Assembly: GCF_022539665.2 (NCBI RefSeq) | Contig: NC_081333.1 | Span: 9,610,001-9,674,000 of the forward strand | DNA from: Daphnia carinata | Taxonomy: Eukaryota | Direction of reading: 5' to 3' | Length of the DNA: 64,000 nt | In this document: positions 12,683 through 25,595 of the stretch, in pieces | Position numbering within the stretch: the first letter of the stretch is position 1 | Layout of the letters: each line of letters begins with the position of its first letter | Translations under genes and position numbers: made by a program | Notes under the pieces: model-generated | The model's input: only the letters and a program-made list of their open reading frames with translations | Told to the model about the DNA's origin: nothing | Database searches by the model: none

Positions 12683-15600
12683 ACGGACGGGCAGCGAGGA
12701 CACGGGGGTGCTTCTCGTAGCCTAGGAGGAAGGTAACAGATAAATATTACATTTCATCCTTGTCCCTTTTCAGTTCATTGCCATGCATAACTTGTTATTC
12801 TGTTCCCATATATGGAAGGTAGGAATGGTGTCAAACTATTTCTCGGTGTCCTGCTTTTTGTGTTGCTTGAAGACTATTCTCCTTTTCTGATCAGTTTTCT
12901 CTTTTTCAGGGACGATCCACGCTCCCAAGTGTCCACAGGCAATCGCAGATGGATTCCTCCCAGTACTTACAAACGAGATGCACTTTCCCATGAAAACAAG
13001 AATGACATCGTCTTTCGCAAGGTAAACATGTGTGTACTGAAACCAAGTTTGTTTGAGGTTTTCAGTTGCGAGTTAAGCTTTTTTTTTTTTTTAATTATGA
13101 GAAGTTTCTTATGCTATCTGATCTGTATTTTTTTTTTTTAACTGTTTGATGTTTCATTTTCCTAGGTTCGCGGTATCCTAAACAAACTAACTCCGGAAAA
13201 GTTTGAGAAGTTGAGCGATGATTTGCTGTGCATAGGGTTGGACTCTCCGACCATCTTGAAGGGAGTGATTTTACTCATCTTCGAGAAGGCTTTAGATGAA
13301 CCCAAGTACAGTTCTATGTACGCACAGCTGTGCAGGCGTCTATCTGAAGAAGCCCCCAACTTTGAACCGCCAACGAACGCCAACGGCAGCGCTCCCAGCA
13401 TCTCTACCTTCCGCCAGCTGTTGCTTGCCAAGTGCCGTGTCGAGTTTGAAAATCGTTCGGCCGCTCAAGAGGTCTTCGAAAGCCGCGATGGCTCTCTTAC
13501 AGCCGACGAAGAAGAGCAGCGTCAGACGGCCAAGCGTAAAATGCTTGGCAACATTAAGTTTATCGGTGAATTGGGCAAGTTGGGTATGCTGCAGGGTGCC
13601 ATCCTCCACATGTGTATCCAGCAGCTCTTGGAGAGGAAGCGCCGGGGCGGCATCCGTGAGATGGCCGAAGATTTGGAATGTTTATGCCAGATCATGAGAA
13701 CCTGCGGCAGGATTCTCGACATCGACAAGGCTAAATCCTTGATGGATCAATATTTTGACCGGATGGCTGCTTATGCCGTCAACCAGGAGCTGCCTTCGCG
13801 GATTCGATTCATGCTGCAGGATTCCATCGACCTGCGTGCTAATCATTGGCAGCCCCGCAAAATCGCCTCGACCGACGGGCCACGAACCATTCAACAGATT
13901 CGAGAAGAAGCCGCCCGAGACAGTGGTGTCTACCTACCTCCTCCCGGATCCCACCTCATGCAGGGAATGCATCGCGGTGGCATGGGCGGTGGAGCTTCCG
14001 GTCCTGGCATGGGAATCAGTCCGCCTTCCGGGCTATTCCCCGTTTCACGTTCGGGTCTTAAAGGGCCTATCGGCATTGGACTCGAAGACGTCTTTGGTTC
14101 CCTTCCTCTGGGAGCCGTAAGCATTGGTACCGGACCCGGAGTCATTCCATCTATGCAGGTTAGAAAAAATCATTCAAGCATTGTTTGTCTGTGAAATAAT
14201 TTTCGCTTTTGGCAAATCTAATCTACCCGTTTTCAATATTAGGATGGCTACGGATACGACAGCGACTCAACTCACAACAGCCACGGACACAACCCGAATA
14301 TGTACCGTGGACGCCCGTCTTACGGAAGCACAGGTAGTGGTGGAAGTGGAGGTGGTGGCGGCGGCGGAGGAGGCAGTTACTCTAACCGATCGTCTAGCAA
14401 TGGCGTCGGCAACTTTAATGGCGGTGGCAACAACAAGCAGTTCTCGGCTCAAAATCACCACCAACAGAACATGAACCAAGCCAATAATGCCAAAAATGAT
14501 CTGCCACCACGTTTCAAGAAGATGATGATGACACAGCAGAGAAGCCAAGGCAGCACGGAAGAAGTTAGTCTCCGTCCGCCGGCCAACTCGATGGTTCACA
14601 AACCCAAACCACCGACTGTAATCTTATCGAAGTCCGTCACGACCAACGTTTCTTCTGCAAACAACCATATAACCGGACCTTTGGGTCCTCTGTTGGATGC
14701 CGCCCTCCCTCTCACTAATTCGGCGGCATTATCCAATTCATCCAAGACCTCTGGTATCGGTATAAACTTGCAAGATATGAAGCCCGTTGGGGGCAAAACT
14801 GTAGGTTCTACTGCTGCCGATAAATTGAGATCTCCACGAAAAGACCAAGGTCCCACAAAGGAAGACATAGTTAAGCAAGCGGAAACTGTATTGGAAGACT
14901 TACTGAATCATCAGAAAGTGGAGGACAGTGTCACTGCCCTAAAGGAGATCAAATCCATTGAACGGTTTTGGACCCCCGTCTTGGCTCGTCTCATGGCCAA
15001 AGTTCTAGACAAATCAGACTCGGATCGCGAGCTGGTCAGTCAATTGATGGTCCAGCTGAAGAAGGATTCGCTCATAACCCCGTCTCAATTTTTTGACGGC
15101 TACAAAGAATTGGTCTCTCAGCTGCCTGAAATAGAGAACGATGTGCCTCGAGCCAAATCTTTTGTTGCTGGCTTGGCTGCTCGCGCCGTGATGGACGAAC
15201 TTTCCACTCTTGCCGATTTAGCTCGACCGCTGGAAGGTGGCCACCAGTACCCCTTGTTCCTCCTGACACTTCAACAGCTGCACAAGATTCAGGCCACTGA
15301 AAGGGCCGTCCTGATCAAGTTGTTTAACGAGTCTAAAGTTCAGCTGATGAATATGCTTCCGGAACTGGATCGCAACAAAGATAGGCTGGGGCAAATTTTG
15401 GACGACCGTGGACTCGGCTTCCTCTTCCCTCTGCTACGTATTCAGTCTGATCTGTGGAAACAGATTCAAGCCGATCCGACTCCCGCTCAGTTCTACAAGT
15501 GGATCAAAGAGAATGTCGATCCGTCCTGCTACACGATGCCGGGCTTTATCTCGGCCCTGTTTGCCGTCCTCCTCAAATATATCGCTCAAGAAGCGGCTCC

Positions 15601-16052
15601 CGGCGACGCACCTCCTACCAATGGAACGACGGAAAACGGTTCCCTTACCACCACGGACAAGGTGACCCAAGAGAAGGAGAAGGAGCTTATGGAGCGCTAT
15701 CGACCCGTGTTGCAGGCCTTCCTCCACGATCATGTCTCACTTCAAGTCACCGTCCTGCATTCTCTGCAGGCCTTCTGTCATGGACTTAACTTCCCCAAGG
15801 GTATGCTTCTACGCTGGTTCGTCCTTCTCTACGATCTTGAGATTGTTGAAGAAGACGCCTTCCTCAAGTGGAAGGAGGATCTTACTGACGTTACGCCAGG
15901 CAAAGGCAAAGCTCTCTTTCAGGTAAATTTGGTTGATAACAATTTCATATTCTTCAGCAAAGGATTATAACTATCTTTTTGTTTAGGTAAATAACTGGCT
16001 CATGTGGCTTGAACAAGCCGAGTCTGATGAAGATGAAGATGGCGATGCTTAA
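12683..16052 (+). CDS. EIF4G2: Eukaryotic translation initiation factor 4 gamma 2 (NAT1/DAP5/p97), predicted non-AUG (ACG) start
   Basis: Exons 12683-12732, 12910-13021, 13166-14158, 14243-15922, 15987-16052. N-terminus GGASR...RRWIPPST...FRKVRGILNKLTPEKF, MIF4G domain (KMLGNIKFIGELGK, SRIRFML), MA3 and W2 domains ending GKGKALFQVNNWLMWLEQAESDEDEDGDA*. No eIF4E-binding N-terminal region. Confidence 0.95.
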
Positions 16053-18379
16053 CGAAAAAGACGACTCTAGGAACCATTTATTAAAAAACACGGCACAAAA
16101 CCAGGAGAAAGCACAGCGCGCTTTACGCATCCTCCTACTAAGCGACTAAAAGAACGGCCTTTGAAGAAGTGACTTTTTTTCCCCCTGCTGGCCGATAGAT
16201 GTTGGCCTCTTTGGTCCACGCCGTTGCCGAATATATCTTTGGATTGATTGAAAGTGAATCACGTGGGAGAGAACGAAAAAAAAAACAAATCTTTTAATGT
16301 CCACTCAATTCTTTCGTTAACGTGCTGTGTTCTTTAGTTGCGCTTTGTTTTGTTCTTTTTCTTCTCTTGCCCTCCCATCTTTCGGTTTCCTGCGCCGAAT
16401 GCGCTCTTTGGCAATATGTTCAGAGTCCCTTGATGCTTTACTGGGTTCGTCCCTAACTTTAGTTCTAATCAAATCAAACAGGCAAAAAGCTAGAAACATT
16501 TTCTTTCATCTCGTCGAGAGATGTTTTTTCTTTGGCCGCGGTCTAAAGCCAAGGTCTAACACCTAAATAGCTAAAAAAAAAAAAAAAAAAATCTCTTGAG
16601 TTTCCTCTTTCCTCATGGACCCCCACTAATTTTTAAAAGAAATCGCCCACAAGGCTTTTTTGAAACATCGTTTTAAGGGGAAGATTTTAAAAAAATTCTA
16701 TTTCAACACACCTTTAATTTCGTTACAACTTGGGGATTAGCTGATTTCCACAAAGTGTGTGATTGTACCGCTCCCTCTTTCGCTATTTTTTTTTCTCTGA
16801 TCGACTTGCACTTCAGAAACCAAATGAAATGATTTCAAATTTAACTTGCGCACGTTGTTTTGTTCTTTTCCTCTTTTTTTTTAGTTCAAGGAACTTATTA
16901 TCAACCGATTTGTAGTAGAAGTGATTCGTTGCTTGCATTTCTTTGCAGAGCTTGTTTGCGGAAAAGACGTTTAGGGACAATTACAGTACGTGAAGGATTT
17001 ATTCTAAAATAAATGAGTTTGAAATAAATCGTAATTTTGAGTCCGTTTATTTAAGCAGGGATAAGATAAGATTCGTAAGCCCTTGATTGCAACGTCTTTC
17101 GTATGTTGGGGCCCCTGTCGTATGCAGGCATGTGGGGCAAAGGTTGATATACTATGGATTTCAGATATTTGTGCACCGACATAGAACGCAGTACAATCAC
17201 TTTTCTATTGAAAACATTTTAACTCTTCTTCACTACCAAGTCATGATAAGGTGAAAACGAACCATATTTGCACCGTAGAACGTGAAGCCTTAAGTTAACG
17301 TTATTTTGTAAATTTAAGGTGTAGCAAGAAGCAACTACAAATTAAGCCATCACAATGAAGACATGTTTTCGACCGAACTAAAGACCTAAGCACCTACAGA
17401 AAGTTTCATGGTGAACATCGAGTAATGACCCATAACTAAAGTTAATTTTTGTCCGGAGCCTCTTTCCGGATAAGCCGCTCCGCCTAAGAAGTTTGAATTG
17501 GCTTAAGCGGGTGTTATCTGGTGAACACAAGGATGTCGTACAGCTTTTCTTACGTAGCGTAATGTAAACATTACACACGAAAGATTTGATACTTGAAAAA
17601 GTAAAAAGCTTGTAAACACCCGTTCATCCCATGGTTAACTCGTTATGTGGCAAAGGAATTTGATGACATAAACTATTATTCGATACAAATAAAAAAACAA
17701 TTGGCACATCTTGAAAGATCACAAGATTTTTGGGTTCTACGCTAATATGGGAAGATGTTTTGTTACCTAACCCTTCCACCTCAGAGCTTCTTTCTAGTAG
17801 GAAAGGGAGACCTTCTGAAAAATTGCTTTCTTTCTTTTTGCTTTTTCCCTTTGATTTTTAGGGGGTGTGACACCTTGGGCTAAGAGAAGAGAAAAAAAAA
17901 GGTTGGGATTTCTCCTTAGTAACAAAACGTCGCATGTACCAAACGCATTCATTAACAATTCGTGGTCGCTCGGTTCCAGAGAAAGTTCGTTCTTGAAACT
18001 TACGGTAAGCCACGTAGATTTCCTAAGCCATTTCGCATCTAGAACTCTAAATTCATTGCCTTTCTTGTAACAATGAAGAAAGCGACACAATTTTGGTGTA
18101 CCCTGGCCACAGTTATTTGGTTGCCCCATAGACGGGATAGGTGTAGTACTGTCTCTACTACGACCTCAATACCAATGGGGTGTGTTTACTTTATCGTTGT
18201 GGTGCCAACGTAAATGTTGTTTAGACTATCTTGGCTGAAAGTGATGAGAGTGCCTAGTCGGTTGTGTTATCTGTAGTCAACTGAATAGTTATAGGATACT
18301 GATTTTCTGGCCAGTCTTCAATAACACGAGTGGCCAATTTTCGTATAACGACTCCCGAATACTTTCAGTTTTTCGCGTC

Positions 18380-21363
18380 ATGTCTTTGAGCTCTTTGCTT
18401 CGTTTCTATCGTTTCCCGTCGAAACCATTGGTTAGCCCGGCTGCTGCGATTAGTTCTGTGAGATCTACAAGCAACAAGCAATCACCATCTAGCTGTTTGA
18501 GTTATCCAGGAAAACCAAAACATTCAAGTTCATATGAAGCAATTATAATTGGAGGAGGTGATGCCATGCACATTAACTTGTGATTGTTTCTTATGCTAAC
18601 GATATTTTCATTCACTAAAGATCTAGTTACATTTCAGACTGTTATAGCTTTAATCTACACTCCATAGGGCCTGATAATGTGTTTATTTATAACTTTTTAA
18701 GGACATAATGGTCTGGTTGCTGCTGCGTATCTCCAGTTAGCAGGCTTTAAAAAAGTCTGCGTCCTTGAACGCAGGCATGTCGTAGGTAAAGAGTAAATTG
18801 AGAATTATTTTTTTAAAGGTTTTATATAATACCAACGCATTTTTGAATAAAGGTGGTGCTGCCGGTAAATTGCAATTGAACTATGCATACAGTTTTACAT
18901 TACGTTATGTCATGGCACTGAATAATACCATGTTGTCCAATTAAGTGACGGAGGAGATAATCCCAGGGTTTCATTTTTCGCGTGCATCCTATTTACTCAG
19001 TTTATTGCGTCCATCCATTATCAACGATTTGGAGCTCAAGGTAACATAAGAATCTGTCAACTGAAGCGAATTAATTATACTGAACATGACTTTAGAAACA
19101 CGGATTGAAGCTTCATCTGCGGGACCCAAGTTCTTACACTCCGCTTTCTACCAATCACTGGAAAACAGGCGGAGCTCGTTCGTTAACACTATCTAGTGAC
19201 ATTGAATTCAACCGAAAGCAAATATCGAAATTCTCCAAACGTGACGCCGAGGTATTCAGTTCAATTGTTCTGCCAGTTTCTTGTTAACATCAATTGGATG
19301 GCTATAAACTCCATAGGCCTATGAAAACTACGAACAATGGCTGTCGCGATTAGTGGCTGCCATCGACCCTCTCATTGATTCGAAAGCCATCGATTTGAAT
19401 TTTCCCGGTTCTTTTTATTCGAATGCCAAGAGTCTTTTGGCCGTGGGCAAAAGTGCATACAAACTTCGCAAAGAAATCGGATCGTTTTACGATTTAATGA
19501 CAGCTCCGGCTAGCAAACTGCTCGACCAATTTTTTGAATCAGAACCCCTCAAGGTACGCCATTCTTTCAAAAGTGTTTTTTCGCTTTACAAATAAAATAA
19601 CTGTTCGCTTCCATAAGGCAACCCTCGCAACTGATGCAGTGATAGGCGCAATGATGGGACCGTAAGATGAATTTCACACGATTACGGTCGCATTGTTAAC
19701 ACTTACATTTTTGCATAGACACTCGATCGGAAGTGGTTACGTTTTACTGCATCACGTCATGGGAGGAGTTGAGGGGAAACAAGGAGCTTGGGCCTACCCG
19801 GAAGGAGGTACTGATTGTTTACAGGAATAGATTTTAAGATGAATTTGAATTCAATGTTGCCAGCTAAAATGGCTCTGAAATTTGCGTCGTCGTTGATTAT
19901 TAAATAACCATTTAGGAATGGGGGCTGTGTCCAGTGCCATGGCGAAATCGGCAGTTGAGAAAGGAGCGACGATATTCACAGACCAGGTAAGTAGAAAAAT
20001 CCTGTTTACAATTATTCGACTTTGACATTCAGGAAAGGGCATTGGGTTCCCAATTCACGTCTTTTGTTTTGTTTTCTATGTCTGTTTTATTTTTTAGACA
20101 GTAAAAGAAATTATGGTGGATGATGATGGAAGTGTTGCAGGTGTTCGCTTGGCCGATGAAACGGAAATCTTCTCCAAGGTTGTTCTTTCCAACGCTACAC
20201 CTCACGTCACATTCGTTAATCTGTTGCCTTCCGGAGCGCTTCCTGAATCGTACCTCAATAAAGTGAAATCGGTTGATTACACATCGCCAGTGACAAAGAT
20301 TAATGGTTGTGATAGTTTCAATTCCGTTGGGTTTCGCTTTGTTTAACTTCGTTTCTGGGTTTAGTTGCACTTAACGCATTGCCAAACTTCCTTGCCGATC
20401 CACATCAAACATCGGGGATAGGGAGAGCGGCTCCGCATCATCGTTGCACTATACATTTGAATTGCGAAGAGAGCCATATGCTCAATAAAGCGTTCCAGCA
20501 AGGCCAACAAGGGTTGATTCCCGACAGGTATACCTGCATTTCTATTCACATTATGTTTTTAGTTTTTTGTCAAATGCTATTGATTATCCCATGTATCAAT
20601 TAGGCCAATGATTGAAATGACTATACCATCTTCATTAGACCCGACCATCTCACCGAAAGGCTGTCACGTAGCTCTGCTCTTCACACAGTATGTACAACTT
20701 CATCATGATAAAATGGAAGTTTGGTAGTACTGATTGTTGAATCTGAATCTTAGATACACGTAAGTAGGATTATGCACCAAGTTCGTGAGGCCTGTGTAAA
20801 AGGAAACTTTGATTTCATGTTCCAAAAGGCCCTACGAATTGCAGAATGGGGTCCAATGGGATGACCATTGGAGGGAGGTTTATGCCCAGAGAGTGAGTTA
20901 CATTATTTTGTTACGTCATCTCTAGACTAATTACATGAAGAAAAATAAATGTAATTTAGATATTCCAACAAATTGAAGAATATGCCCCAGGATTTCAGCA
21001 GAGCATCGTCGGCTATGAAGTGCTTACACCCCCCGATCTGGAGCGCATCTTTGGGCTAACTGGAGGAGTAAATGCCATTCATTTATTTCCTCCTTGTTTC
21101 AATCAAGTCTTATTTGTACTACTTAATGTTATTATTGAAAATAGAATATTTTCCACGGAGCCATTAGCTTGGATCAACTGTATCTATCTCGTCCGTTTTC
21201 TTCCTGGAAAGCGCATAACCAAAGAGATCATTATCCATCGTTACCTCGGACGCCAATCAAAGGACTCTACATCTGCGGAAGTGGAGCTCATCCTGGTGGC
21301 GGCGTGATGGGGACTCCAGGACGTTTGGCAGCGGAACTTGTCGTAGAAGAAAACAGACGTTAA
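18380..21363 (+). CDS. PYROXD2: Pyridine nucleotide-disulfide oxidoreductase domain-containing protein 2 (phytoene desaturase-like FAD oxidoreductase)
   Basis: [110 protein letters not shown]. Basic/Ser-rich N-terminus resembling a mitochondrial presequence. Includes 12-nt and 6-nt microexons. Confidence 0.93.
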
Positions 21364-22044
21364 GCGCTCTGCTACACACGAATGCAAATAAGCTTCAAAC
21401 ATTTAACTTCTTGGGATGTTTCTTCATATTTTTCAATCTTGCCAATGATGAATTGCAGGTATAATAATATAATATGTAAGAGTTTAATGAAGAATCAGTC
21501 GGCTTCGTGCACTTAATGGATAGTTTTCGACATTAACTTCTGCGTTAATAGAGTGGCATGTGCTACCTGCATTTCTTTGGCCGTTCCTATCGTGGTAATC
21601 CTATCCATTTCTAGCTGCCACAGATATCTACGATAAAGTGTTTAAAGAATCTCCTCGCTATCCGACGAGACAAAAACAGGTTGATGAACTCCGTAAGAAA
21701 AACTTTCACGCTGTGTTTAGAGTTAGTTTTTCCAAGTCACTCAAGCTATAATAGTTGGGAACATAAAAAGAAAAGCCTTCATATTTAAGCGATGCGTGTA
21801 ATGTTCCCGTGCAGGCCAGCTTGTGTCTCCGTAAGAACAAAATTATAGGTAAAAAAAAAAAAAAAAAAAAAATCAGGAGGATCTAGTTTTGACTTCCACA
21901 CAAACCGATTGATTTCATTGGCAAAGACTACACTTCTATACTAGATGACAGATAAGTAGATTAAATTCCACTACAGAGAGAAATTTGAGAGAAAATGTTT
22001 AATTTTTCAAAAAACGATTGGTCGCCTGCACTGGTTATTAAATG

Positions 22045-22250
22045 CACTTACGAGCTTCGTAAAGAAATCGATTTTTTTACGATTTAATGTTGGCTCACGC
22101 TATAAGTGTTCGAGCTCTTTGAATTGGACCGCTTCACGGTACGTTGTTCTTTTTAGCATTAATGTTTTCGTTTAATAAATAAGGCAACTGTTTTTCTTAA
22201 GGCAACGCTCGCAGCTGATGAGGTATGAGGCGTAATGATGGGATGACACA
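22045..22250 (+). pseudogene. Decayed partial duplicate of PYROXD2 (two exon pieces plus the intron between them)
   Basis: cttcgtaaagaaatcg..ttttacgatttaatg..ggtacg..aaggcaacgctcgcagctgatg..aatgatggga aligns to 19460-19660 including the intron, with indels that disrupt the frame. Confidence 0.8.
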
Positions 22251-22597
22251 TCAGACAGGCAGTAAACCAGTTTATGATTCGTTAACTTAAACGTTCTGCA
22301 GAGGACACTTGGTCCTCCTATTCAGGCCCTTCGTATTTTCTTCGTATCATTTATACAGCCAAAGAAATTACAGGGAATGATGGTGGACGTGCTGTAGGTG
22401 TTCACCAGATTTTTCCAGTTCAGCAAAGCCAAATAAAATAGTAATGTATCAAAAACTTTTATTCTAGAGACCAGTTTGTTTCCCCACAGCTCTACATGAA
22501 TTCGGAGAATACTACTGCAGGCTAAAAGACAGGAGCATCTCCATTTAAGCATCGGTACAAACAAACTGATTTCACTGGTTGCCCTATCTTTGACCGG

Positions 22598-22605
22598 TAT
22601 ATAAA
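22598..22605 (+). promoter_or_regulatory. TATA box of the first Gly/His-rich gene
   Basis: TATATAAA about 30 nt upstream of an arthropod Inr-like TCAGTC (22634). An equivalent TATATAAA lies at 25498-25505 in the paralog. Confidence 0.7.
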
Positions 22606-22695
22606 CCAGGCCCCAACTTCGTCCTAAACCTTCTCAGTCGAGAGACAAAACAAGAAAGAGATTCAGCTCATCTAGTGGCGACCAAATTTCAGGAA

Positions 22696-23375
22696 ATGTT
22701 CAATCATAAGGTAACATTGCAGTTGTGATAATGTTTTCGCTATTTCATGTTGGAGGCTAAATAATAGTCGTCCGATTTCCAGTTGATTTTAGTTTGCTTT
22801 ATGGCCGTTCATTGCGTCCTAAGTATACCTGTCGAATACCAAATGGGTCCTGGATACGAAGTCGTTTCTGCTGAAGCTGAAGGCGAAGACCAGGTTGTTG
22901 AAGACCTTATGACCGCCGAGCATCACGGTGGTAAATATTCAGTTTACTATGCCACTATCGTCAAATCATAGCAAAACCAGGCGGCTACAAGGTTACCTGG
23001 GCTAATATCTCAAATGTCTGAGACTATTGGATTCGTGTTTAAAATGAATTCTCATTTGATTTTATTAATATTGTGCAGGATATGGCGACTATTACTATCC
23101 AAACTACGGTAAACGCTTAATCAAGAAAAATAAATGGTATAAATCCTAACTCTTATCTTTAATAATTGCGCAATTAGGACACGGTCACTATTATGGCCAC
23201 GGCGGCTACGGAGGCTACGGAGGCTATTACGGAGGATATGGTGGATACGAGGGACACGGACATGGACATCACCATCACCACCATCACCACGGAGGTAATC
23301 CATCCCAAAGTTGGTTTTCGATTAATCTGAGTTACTTAGCACCGTAACATATTGGACATAGGTTATGACGACTAG
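22696..23375 (+). CDS. Small secreted Gly/Tyr/His-rich protein, copy 1
   Basis: Five exons: MFNHK | signal peptide, acidic pro-region ending DLMTAEHHG | GYGDYYYPNY | GHGHYYGHGGYGG...HHHHHHHG | GYDD*. Confidence 0.8.
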
Positions 23376-25595
23376 TAAACTGGATGCTTAACTTCGTTCC
23401 GAACATCCAAGATCAGCAAGCTGTTCTGTGCATTGCATTGCAAGCCTTCAGTTATCGATTCCTTTCTCTGTCTCTTTGTTATGTATTCCTTATTTATAAT
23501 TTAAATCCAAAACCACTAGCAATAAACTTTGCGATGCATTGGCCGTGTTCGTCATTTGCTTCGAAACATTGGCAACTGCCTTCTCTTCGAAAAGATAATA
23601 CATTATTTCTGCAATTTGTCTTTGCCGATTTGGTTGAAGCCTTGAAATGGTCGGCAGGGCTGTACCAGAGGGGCCAGCTGCTGGGCGGATAATAACTACC
23701 GCGTGTTATGCAGAAATTGCAATATGGTGACTATTTTTATTCTACCAAAGGGCGTTGACTGGTATGATTTTGCTGAGTTTGCGAAATAAGCTGAGGGTTT
23801 TCTTTGTTAAGAGCGAAAATTTGATTCAGCGAATTCGCTCCTTATTGACGTAAGCGGTTTTACAGCTTATGCCTTCCTTGTTCGTAGCAACGTCATTGGG
23901 AATAGCCACAGCACAAGCTATCAATCATCAAGGAGATTGAAAGTTTCTTAAAGTGAAGGACTGCCATTAACAGTTTACGTCACATGATATTGGGTACCTG
24001 GATTGTTAAAACCCCCTCAATCGCTTGCACCTGTTACATCCGTTTTTAGCTACCAGCGGATATTGACGGCACTAAGGGGTAGGCAGCGTTGCCTTACTAT
24101 CTGACGATAAAGATAAAACGGATGGATGATGTCCATAAAAGAAAAACTCTTTCGGTTAGTCCACTCCGTATTTGGAAGTTGGTTTTACCCGTTCACTAAA
24201 GCCACAAAAGTGGTAAAAATGAAAAGCCTTGCATATTCACGTGATGTTTTATTTTTCAGTGAAAAAAGAGTTTTTTGTTTTGTCGCCAGCTACAAGAAGC
24301 AGAGAACAACAGGCAAGAGGATCCCCGTTTCAAATCTCTAAATAAATTAGTTCGTTTTTCTAGCAAAGAAGATAATATTCCGACCGTAGGAAAAGGACCA
24401 ATAGTTACAACTCCTACACAAAAGACAAACAAAGAAAAAGTTCGGCCGCAATGTCAAAATGCGATCCGCCCAAGTTTGATAGAAACCGCAAAGGACCTTG
24501 TCCTTGCGTATTTCTAAAACCGAATCATTTCCGCACAGGAAGTTTATGAAGCATTAGATAAAACTAATGCCAATGGAATAAAACAGTGTCTTGATGTGGC
24601 CAATCATGATCACGGGGTAATAAGAAGCGGATGACATTCATTCCCTGCACCAGCAGCGAACCCCTGCTGCGGTTATTGCTCCGGCGATGGATTTTTGGTT
24701 GCAACAATAGCTAGTTCATTATAGAATGGCGCTAGGTGGAAAATTCAGCAGCGCGAGACAACAATACGGAACATTTCTTGATGGACAAACTGCGGATGGC
24801 CGCACAGTTCTATTAGTACAAGAAATGTTTTCCTGTTGGTTTTTCACTTAGTTTCCAGCCAAAGGGATTTTAATAAAATTTAAACTTCAATATGATGAAT
24901 ACGAAGATGAAATAAATTCACGTGATTGGGCGTTTCAATTTTGCGGCCATTGAACTCTTATTTATTTTCACGACTTACGTATGTCCAGTTCAAGTCAGAA
25001 GAATGATCACCATGATCGACCAAAAAGCAAAGAAAAATGATCAAGCAGATTCAACTGAAAGTGCGGAAGGGATTCAAGCGCAATGTTTTCTTTTCTCTTG
25101 AGCAGCAGAGAAGGCAACCTAGCTAGACAAAACGTCGTTTTCTTTCGGTCGTGACAACCGTCTTACAGGGGATTTACTTGGCTTGAACCATAAAAATTTT
25201 TTTCTTAACGGGATTCATATTAAAAGTTCCGGGAGGATGAGCCAAAATACGTGTCAGCTTTTGCCTAGGGCCGGGTGTGAGGGAAGCCCCCTTGCATAAA
25301 GAGCAAAGAATAACGATGTCAACAAACTGGTTTTCACTGGTTGCCAGGGGAAAACCATGAGCATGTACCTGGCACCTCATGCGGATCGAAAAATTTCCAC
25401 TAGAGGCCAATTCTTTTCCCCGATGGCAACAACATGCATAAAATTCAATAACAATAACAAATGCGTGCAGGCATGAACGCACTTGGTCCACCATGTGTAT
25501 ATAAACCACACGCCAGTTTAGACCAAAACACTCTCAAACCGAGAAGCAAACAAGACAGAGGCTCAGCTCTTCTAGTATTACCTAACTCGAGAAAA

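Noticed and set aside
12812..12909. In-frame ATG (MEGRNGVKLFLGVLLF...) reading into NAT1 exon 2
   Set aside because: It lies in an intron with a good GT donor (12733) and a polypyrimidine/AG acceptor (12909). The hydrophobic residues reflect T-rich intron sequence, and using it would discard the conserved GGASR exon.
13162..15926. Many overlapping alternative-frame and antisense ORFs within NAT1
   Set aside because: Expected shadow ORFs of GC-rich coding sequence, with no recognisable motifs.
17440..17580. Short hairpins (TCCGGA..TCCGGA; GTAATGT..ACATTAC) suggesting an ncRNA
   Set aside because: No tRNA cloverleaf, snoRNA boxes or Pol III signals, and the stems are short enough to arise by chance.
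23750..24800. Coding-like stretch between the two Gly/His-rich genes, possibly a decayed transposon
   Set aside because: No recognisable transposase or RT motif, terminal repeats or sustained ORF.
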